A stretch of DNA of 64,000 nt, taken from NCBI GenBank assembly GCA_042218065.1, contig JBDGRL010000005.1, positions 338 through 64,337 of the forward strand, written 5' to 3'. This DNA comes from Candidatus Magasanikiibacteriota bacterium (lineage in GTDB: Bacteria > Patescibacteriota > Patescibacteriia > Magasanikbacterales > UBA922). Each line of letters begins with the position of its first letter. Position 1 is the stretch's first letter. The position numbers were made by a program, and so were the translations under genes. Below, in pieces: positions 57,412-64,000 of the stretch. The notes under the pieces were generated by a model, which worked only from the letters and a program-made list of their open reading frames with translations, made no database searches and had not been told where the DNA came from.

Positions 57412-59298
57412 ATGTTTCTTTCATCGGATAAACTAGCAGAAATACTAGTAGAAGAAAGGATAGCCACAAAAGAAGAGATGGATGAATACAAAGAACAAGC
57501 TAAACAAGAGGATCAGCACCTGTATCATTTTTTAATTGAACAAGGGGAAATAGATAAAGATGAGCTTGGCAAAGCTATTGCAAACCAAGAAGATATTGAG
57601 TATATAGATATATCTTCTCAGGATATAGACTCTTCTATTGTAAAAAATATTCCCGAGGTTGTAGCAAGAAAAAATAATGCAATTGTATTTAGTGAATCAG
57701 AATCTAGTGTGAAGGTAGCTCTGTTTGATCCGACTAGCGAGGATTTTATTGAGAACATTAAAAATAAGATACAAGAAAGAACACAAAGAATAATAGAAAT
57801 GCAAGATAAAGCAGATAAAGAAGAGAGAAGTAGTTTGGCTAATAAAAATAAGGATGAGCTATTAGATTATGCTAAGCAAGAGTATGATATCTCTCTCGAT
57901 AAAGAGAACACCAAACAGGAAATGCTTGATAATTTTTTAGATCAGTTGAATGAGATTAAGGATAAAGAGGCGCAAGAGAAAGAAATAGAGATATATTTTG
58001 GACATAAGCAGGATATTCAAGATGCTGTGCATGAAAATTATGACTCTAGCCAAGAGGATTTTGCGGCTATGGTTCAGGATATTATTGATAATCAGGGTGA
58101 GGACATCAACCCCGAAGATATGCCGATAATTAAGATCGTTAACGAGCTACTGCAGTATGCATATGAAAATAATGCTTCTGATATACACATCGAACCTTAC
58201 GAAGAAAAGACTCTGATTAGGTTTAGGATAGATGGGATCCTTCATGATATTATTAGCATTCCCAAGAGCTTGCATAATCTGATAATTACCAGAATAAAGA
58301 TTTTAGCTCGTCTCCGCACTGATGAGCACAGGACTGCACAGGACGGCAAGTTGCGATTTAATCACGAGGGGGAAGAAGTGGATGTGCGGGTCTCGATTGT
58401 GCCGATAGTATATGGAGAAAAGGCCGTACTTAGAATTTTAGCTGAGACTACCGGCAAATTTACTCTAGATAATCTCGGTTTCAGAGATCAGGATTTAGAA
58501 AAAATTAAGGATAATATAGACAGCCCTTGGGGTATGATCTTAGCCACCGGCCCTACAGGCTCGGGAAAAACTACGACTCTCTATACTGTATTAAAGAAGC
58601 TAAACTCTCGGGAGGTAAATATATCTACGATTGAGGATCCGGTAGAATATGGGATTGAGTCGATTAATCAGATTCAGGTAAACGAGGAAGCGAATCTTAC
58701 TTTCTCCAATGGGCTTCGGGCCATAGTCCGACAAGATCCGGATATAATTATGGTTGGGGAGATAAGAGACGAGGAGACGGCACAGATAGCAGTGAATGCT
58801 GCTATGACAGGGCACTTGGTCTTATCAACACTGCACACTAATGACTCGGCGACCACACTTCCACGCTTGTTGGATATGGGGGTTCAGCCTTTTTTGGTAG
58901 CTTCTACTCTGAATGTTGTGATAGCTCAGAGACTGGTAAGAAAAATTTGTGAACACTGCAAAGGCAACAAAGAGATAGATGAAGAAACTAAAGAGCTGAT
59001 TACAAGTGAGTTATCTGAGGATGTTATCGATGAATATGATTTATTGGATGCTGATCTAAAAGAGGGCAAGGGTTGTGCCAGCTGTCAGCAGAGTGGATAC
59101 CAGGGGCGAGTGGGTATATATGAGGTATTGGATGTGTCTCAAAAGATAAAACAGATGGTGATGGATAAGAAAAATGCAGATGATATAAAACAACAGGCGA
59201 TAGAGGAAGGAATGCTACCTCTGATCAAAGCCGGGATTGAAAAGGTATTAGACGGACAAACCACGCTCGAAGAACTTTTACGTGTAGCTCAAGAATAA
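57412..59298 (+). CDS. pilB: Type IV pilus assembly ATPase PilB/GspE
   Basis: ASDIHIEP, GPTGSGKTTTLY, TIEDPVE, RQDPD..GEIRD, tetracysteine motif. Confidence 0.95.
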   Translation: MFLSSDKLAEILVEERIATKEEMDEYKEQAKQEDQHLYHFLIEQGEIDKDELGKAIANQEDIEYIDISSQDIDSSIVKNIPEVVARKNNAIVFSESESSVKVALFDPTSEDFIENIKNKIQERTQRIIEMQDKADKEERSSLANKNKDELLDYAKQEYDISLDKENTKQEMLDNFLDQLNEIKDKEAQEKEIEIYFGHKQDIQDAVHENYDSSQEDFAAMVQDIIDNQGEDINPEDMPIIKIVNELLQYAYENNASDIHIEPYEEKTLIRFRIDGILHDIISIPKSLHNLIITRIKILARLRTDEHRTAQDGKLRFNHEGEEVDVRVSIVPIVYGEKAVLRILAETTGKFTLDNLGFRDQDLEKIKDNIDSPWGMILATGPTGSGKTTTLYTVLKKLNSREVNISTIEDPVEYGIESINQIQVNEEANLTFSNGLRAIVRQDPDIIMVGEIRDEETAQIAVNAAMTGHLVLSTLHTNDSATTLPRLLDMGVQPFLVASTLNVVIAQRLVRKICEHCKGNKEIDEETKELITSELSEDVIDEYDLLDADLKEGKGCASCQQSGYQGRVGIYEVLDVSQKIKQMVMDKKNADDIKQQAIEEGMLPLIKAGIEKVLDGQTTLEELLRVAQE

Positions 59299-59304
59299 AA
59301 TAAT

Positions 59305-60438
59305 ATGGCAGATTTAACTGAGATTACAAAACCTAAAGAAGACACAAATAATAAGAAAGAAGAAAAAGATAAGCACTGGTGGGAAAAGGAAATTAATATT
59401 TTGGGAGTATCCAGCAAGCAGATCTTATTTTTTACTAAGAACTTGTCGGTAATGCTTCAGGCAGGCTCTACTTTGACTGAATCCTTGGAGGTTTTGGTAG
59501 GACAAACCAAAGGAAAGTTAAAAAATATAGTAAGACAGGTTCACAAAGAAGTGAGTAGGGGGCATGAGTTCAGCGAGGCTTTGAAAAAATACCCCAAGGT
59601 TTTTTCAGACACCTATATAAGTATACTTCAGGTTGGAGAAAAAACCGGAAGTTTAGGAAAAAATTTGCAGTACTTAGTAGATCAATTAGAAAAGACTCAT
59701 TCTCTAAAAAAGAAGATTTTTTCTGCGATGTTGTATCCTGCTATTGTCTTGCTTGGTGGTGTTGCTGTTTCGATCGGAATTATTGTGTTTGTGCTGCCAA
59801 AGGTTACTGATTTGTTCGAGAGCTTTGATGTAGCTTTGCCCTGGTCTACACAGCTGTTGATGGCGATATCCAGTTTATTTCAAAACTATGGCCTTATTGC
59901 AGGTGTGGTTTTAGCAGTGACTCTGATAGTGTTTTATTGGGTTACCAGACAAGATTTTGCGAAGCCTGTGACTCATTGGGTGCTGCTCGAGGTGCCTGTA
60001 GTCAAAAAGATATCCAAACACTTTAACTTGGCTATGTTTTTTAGAACTTTAAGTATATTATTAAAAAGTGGAGTTACTATCGATGAGGGCATAAAAATAT
60101 GCAAAAAAAGTGTAACCAATGTTTATTACAAAGATTTTTTAGATGAAGCTTATGAGGAAATAAAAGGAGGAAGCACACTGACCGATGCTATGAGAAAAAG
60201 AGAAGACCTTTTTCCCGCCACGAATGTACAGATTATAAATGTCGGGGAGGATTCAGGCACATTGGGCAAAGCGCTGAAGTATTGCTCCGATATTCACGAA
60301 GAGGAGCTGGATGATATTACTAAAAATCTGTCTGACATTTTGGAGCCTGTTCTGCTTATCGCTATCGGTCTTATGGTGGGCTTTTTGGCTGTTTCTATAA
60401 TTACACCTATTTACTCTATTACTGGTGATTTACAATAA
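59305..60438 (+). CDS. pilC: Type IV pilus platform protein PilC/GspF
   Basis: Two T2SSF repeats, GEKTGSL, AMLYP, GEDSGTL, LEP. Confidence 0.94.
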   Translation: MADLTEITKPKEDTNNKKEEKDKHWWEKEINILGVSSKQILFFTKNLSVMLQAGSTLTESLEVLVGQTKGKLKNIVRQVHKEVSRGHEFSEALKKYPKVFSDTYISILQVGEKTGSLGKNLQYLVDQLEKTHSLKKKIFSAMLYPAIVLLGGVAVSIGIIVFVLPKVTDLFESFDVALPWSTQLLMAISSLFQNYGLIAGVVLAVTLIVFYWVTRQDFAKPVTHWVLLEVPVVKKISKHFNLAMFFRTLSILLKSGVTIDEGIKICKKSVTNVYYKDFLDEAYEEIKGGSTLTDAMRKREDLFPATNVQIINVGEDSGTLGKALKYCSDIHEEELDDITKNLSDILEPVLLIAIGLMVGFLAVSIITPIYSITGDLQ

Positions 60439-60439
60439 T

Positions 60440-60868
60440 ATGAAAGGTTTTACCTTAATAGAGGTGCTTGTAGTAGTTGGGATTATCATTGTTATTTCAG
60501 CTTTGAGTTTGCCTTTCTATGGTAAGTTCGTGAATATGAACTCTATAAACTCTCAAGTTACCGAGGTCAGAAAAAACATTAGGCTAGCACAAGAGGAAGC
60601 TCAGGCAGGCAAGCACAACTCCAATCACGGGATCCACTTTACGACCACCAGCTATACACACTATGTAGGTTCTGATTTTAACTCTAGAGACAAAAACAAG
60701 GATGAGGACTATGATCTGAATAATAAACTAGAGTTTATCAGTTCATTTGAGGTTAATTTTAGCAAAGATACGGGCCTGCCTTCAGCTACAGGAACTATAA
60801 CTATCAAGAATACGAATAACGGAAAAACAGCTGATATTTCGATCAATGAGGAGGGTTTAATATATTAG
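60440..60868 (+). CDS. Minor pilin (FimT/GspH-like)
   Basis: MKG|FTLIEVLVV; C-terminal VNF...G.P...GTITI. Confidence 0.88.
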   Translation: MKGFTLIEVLVVVGIIIVISALSLPFYGKFVNMNSINSQVTEVRKNIRLAQEEAQAGKHNSNHGIHFTTTSYTHYVGSDFNSRDKNKDEDYDLNNKLEFISSFEVNFSKDTGLPSATGTITIKNTNNGKTADISINEEGLIY

Positions 60869-60877
60869 AATTAACTT

Positions 60878-62242
60878 ATGAAATCCAACCGAGGCCAAAG
60901 CTTACTTGAGGTAATTATTGCTCTGGGTATATTTTTTTCTGCTATAGTAGGGTCCTTGTCCGCTACCTCATTTTACTTGGATAATTACCAAAGAAGTAAG
61001 GATATATCCAAAGCTAGAGAAGTGGTTCAAGAATCTTTTGCTGCGATCAGATCTATTGCCTACGAGGACTGGGGGCAGATTTCCGATGGTACTTATGGCA
61101 TCACTACCAGCTCCGGTAAGTGGAAGCTAGCTAATGATCCGGACACGGTAGACGGAAAGTACAAAAGAAAGGTAGTAATCTCTTCGGTTAATAAAGGCGG
61201 TAATTGTAACATTACCAGCTCAGGAGGAACAAAAGACAGCGATAGAAAGTTTGTGACCACTACTGTCAGCTGGAGCACACCTAGTGGCACTTCGACTAGG
61301 TCTTTTGGTAGATATATTACCAGATGGGGAAACCCTAAAAACTGCCTGCCAAAATCAGATAATGGTATAGCTTTTACCCAAAATGAAGAACTAAAGACTC
61401 TTCCTGCAAATGACGGACAGATAAATGAATGGGACCCGGGTGATGTGGATATAATAGGATCTATGCGCTCTGATTTTGATGATGATGGCAGCAATGATTT
61501 GGTATATCTAAAGAACAAAAATAAAATTAACGTCATAGATGAAAATGATGGGAGTGCCAGGGATATCAGTATCTCCAGCCAGAAAGCAAAGCAAAAAAAT
61601 GCTATATTGGTTTCTGATAACTGGAACGGTTCGGGCACATCTACTTTCTATACTTCACAAGTGAACCCTCAGAATGAAATATATCATGTAGATGAAGCAG
61701 CAAACCCCACACTGGTAGCCGACCCTGATAATGGAGTTGATAGTGTAGTTGGGAAGGGGGACATAGATGGAGACGGGACTGATGAGTTTGTTTTTTTGGA
61801 TGAGTCTCAGAATTTAAGATACATTGAGCCTGCCGACAGTGACAGCCAGGCTTACACGAAGATATATAATGATGTGGGCAAAAAAGATAGTATAGGTATA
61901 GGTGAGCCGGCTGACTTTGATGAAGATGGTACTGATAGGGTGCCTATAGTAGATAGTGGCAATGATATTATTTTGGTTGATTCGGGAGGTAAGGAGGAAA
62001 CAATTATTTTTAGCTCTAACAGCAATGAGCCTTCGAAGTCTCCGATGGCTTCGGTAGATGTGGATGGCGACGGTCTGTTTGAAATAGTTTACATAGATAA
62101 AAGTGGAAACAATGACATTGCTAAGTATATAAATGATGTAGGAGGAGATAACGATGTAGACAAGCTTGTAGATGAGAACAATAACTCTATCGAGGCCGAT
62201 ACAAGCAGTGGCTTAACAGCAGCCGATACAAATAATGAATAA
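60878..62242 (+). CDS. Pilin-like protein with C-terminal DxDxDG (FG-GAP/VCBS-like) repeat domain
   Basis: RG|QSLLEVIIALGI; DFDDDG, DIDGDG, DFDEDG, DVDGDG repeats. Confidence 0.85.
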   Translation: MKSNRGQSLLEVIIALGIFFSAIVGSLSATSFYLDNYQRSKDISKAREVVQESFAAIRSIAYEDWGQISDGTYGITTSSGKWKLANDPDTVDGKYKRKVVISSVNKGGNCNITSSGGTKDSDRKFVTTTVSWSTPSGTSTRSFGRYITRWGNPKNCLPKSDNGIAFTQNEELKTLPANDGQINEWDPGDVDIIGSMRSDFDDDGSNDLVYLKNKNKINVIDENDGSARDISISSQKAKQKNAILVSDNWNGSGTSTFYTSQVNPQNEIYHVDEAANPTLVADPDNGVDSVVGKGDIDGDGTDEFVFLDESQNLRYIEPADSDSQAYTKIYNDVGKKDSIGIGEPADFDEDGTDRVPIVDSGNDIILVDSGGKEETIIFSSNSNEPSKSPMASVDVDGDGLFEIVYIDKSGNNDIAKYINDVGGDNDVDKLVDENNNSIEADTSSGLTAADTNNE

Positions 62243-62245
62243 AAT

Positions 62246-63088
62246 ATGAACAAGAAAGGTTTTACCCTAACGGAGCTGATGGTTTATATAGCTATTTCTG
62301 CTATAATAGTAACGGCTAGCCTGACAGTGGTCTGGGATATTATCGGAGATCAAAATAAAAATGAGAGCATAACCCTGGTTAATGAAACCGGGGATTTGAT
62401 CTTGGATAGAGTCGGTCTTTACAGTGGGGAGGCAGTAAGTATCGACTCGGAGACGGTGTTTAATTCGTCCAGCGGCAAGCTGGTTTTACAGATGAACAAA
62501 CAGCCAAACAGGATTATAGAAGCCTATGATACCACGGTCACTTTAGGGGGTAATAATTTAAATACCACAAAGATTAGATCAAGGAGCACAGGAGAGGGGA
62601 TAAATGTAGATGAATATTGTGCTGATAAAGATGTGAACAAAAAAGAAAATGAAAGTGAGAATGAAGACGAAAATCAAAACAATGATAATTATTCATATAG
62701 TTATGAGTATGACTATGATTATGAAAAAGGGAACTACCGCTACTATTATGAATACGATTATACCTGGTCCCCCGAAGCAGATCAGAGCCCGACTCCGACT
62801 CCTGATCCAAACGAAAATATGGACTGTATTAACAAGAATGTAAACCCTGATCCGGATCCGAACCCTGATCCCGACCCGCCTGACGACGCATTAGACGGTA
62901 AACAGAGAGGAAATGATTTGGTTCCTGATAAGGTAAAGGTAGAAAAGTTTCATCTTACAGACTTATCAAACAATCATTCTGACAGCTTTAAATTGAGACT
63001 AAAATTAGAAAGGTTAAACCCTGTTACAAAGTCTTATCAAGCTCAACAAAGCTGGAGTAGTGCTTTTACCTTAAAGAAAAGACAGTAA
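62246..63088 (+). CDS. Minor pilin (PilW-like) with low-complexity insertion
   Basis: KG|FTLTELMVYIAI; insert with EN-rich, YxYxY and PD/PN repeats. Confidence 0.85.
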   Translation: MNKKGFTLTELMVYIAISAIIVTASLTVVWDIIGDQNKNESITLVNETGDLILDRVGLYSGEAVSIDSETVFNSSSGKLVLQMNKQPNRIIEAYDTTVTLGGNNLNTTKIRSRSTGEGINVDEYCADKDVNKKENESENEDENQNNDNYSYSYEYDYDYEKGNYRYYYEYDYTWSPEADQSPTPTPDPNENMDCINKNVNPDPDPNPDPDPPDDALDGKQRGNDLVPDKVKVEKFHLTDLSNNHSDSFKLRLKLERLNPVTKSYQAQQSWSSAFTLKKRQ

Positions 63089-63091
63089 AAT

Positions 63092-63484
63092 ATGATAAAT
63101 AACAACTCCGAGATTCAAAATAATAGTAACGGCTATGTAATGACTTTAATGGTAGTCATTTTGGCATCCATTATGTTGGTGGTAGTAACCAGTGCCTCCT
63201 ATTCCAGTCTGACCAGCTTAAAGAAAAGTCAAACGACTTTGGATAAATCAAAGATACAGTCATTTACTGAAGGTTGCAGTGAAGAAGCTTTGTTACAGTT
63301 GAGTAGAAAACCTTCCTATAAGGGAGATAAATATGATCTGCGAGGCGGCACTTGTAATATAGGGGTTACAACCTCCGATAATACCAGCACGATTTCTGTA
63401 ACCGGCACCTTATCAAATATGAATCATAATTATCGGATTGAGGTTAGTTTAGACCCTTTTAAGGTGATTAATTGGGAGTATTAA
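63092..63484 (+). CDS. PilX-like minor pilin
   Basis: NG|YVMTLMVVIL with no E5; EGC.EEALLQL...C. Confidence 0.75.
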   Translation: MINNNSEIQNNSNGYVMTLMVVILASIMLVVVTSASYSSLTSLKKSQTTLDKSKIQSFTEGCSEEALLQLSRKPSYKGDKYDLRGGTCNIGVTTSDNTSTISVTGTLSNMNHNYRIEVSLDPFKVINWEY

Positions 63485-63544
63485 TTTTGACAATAATATT
63501 TTTGTGATATAATAAACAAAAGGTTTATTTTTAACTAATTTCAT

Positions 63545-64000
63545 ATGCAAACCTTTATTAATCTAGATGAAGATAAGGGTTTTACCCTTATTGAACTCCT
63601 TATCGTAATAGCTATTATAGCTATACTGGCGGGCATAGTGTTTGTAGCTTTAGATCCCGGTCAAAGATTTGGCGAAGCACGTGATTCAGAGCGCCACTCA
63701 GAGGTAAACTCTATCGCTCAGGCAGTAAAGCAGCATCAAATAGACAATGACGGTGAATATTTATCAGAAATAGATGGTATGAATAATGGAGATGTAGAGA
63801 TGATAGGTACCTGTGGAGGTACTTCTGACTTGAGCTGTAATGATAGTCCGGCTAGTACTACAGAGTGTGTAGATCTTACCTCAATAGCTAATGAAGGTTA
63901 CCTACCAGAGGTACCCGAAGACCCTAATAATAATGACAGTGATGAAACCGGGTACTTCCTACAAAAGAATACCAGCTCAGTCAAAGTCGGAGCTTGTACA
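63545..64000 (+). CDS. Type IV pilin (probable major pilin), 3'-truncated by window; absent from ORF track
   Basis: MQTFINLDEDKG|FTLIELLIVIAIIAILAGIVFVALDP...ARDSER...YLPEVPEDP; TTGACA and TGATATAAT upstream (63487-63513). Confidence 0.9.
   Translation, partial: MQTFINLDEDKGFTLIELLIVIAIIAILAGIVFVALDPGQRFGEARDSERHSEVNSIAQAVKQHQIDNDGEYLSEIDGMNNGDVEMIGTCGGTSDLSCNDSPASTTECVDLTSIANEGYLPEVPEDPNNNDSDETGYFLQKNTSSVKVGACT

Overview
AT-rich chromosomal segment of a Patescibacteria/CPR bacterium. An ABY1/Magasanikbacteria-like assignment is an inference from gene content. Many proteins are strongly acidic, suggesting a halophile. The window holds housekeeping genes (glyQS, tpiA, secDF, folD, murB, dnaX, era, rplI, pyrG, cysS, ligA, gatCA, mutM), six tRNAs, a type IV pilus system in two clusters, a VirD4/TraD-like ATPase with a stand-alone paralog of its N-terminal domain, a giant surface protein, and a LIV-type ABC transporter. 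It also holds enzymes unexpected in CPR (HutH, an EgtD-like methyltransferase, a CofE-like ligase). No CRISPR array, transposase, integrase or prophage is seen. The most notable pattern is five self-contained monocistronic accessory cassettes sharing a leader grammar: boxA-like T(G/A)(C/T)TCTTT, often G-U-rich hairpins or a CnCGAC motif, a strong AGGAGGG Shine-Dalgarno in four of five, and a downstream hairpin. The core genes checked lack an SD. Two cargo genes look myxobacterial-like and two are decaying. Also notable: a 170-bp hairpin-rich element duplicating the tRNA-Tyr 3' end, a SecD with two inserted parvulin domains, and a PilB with a Rho_N/SAP-like insertion.
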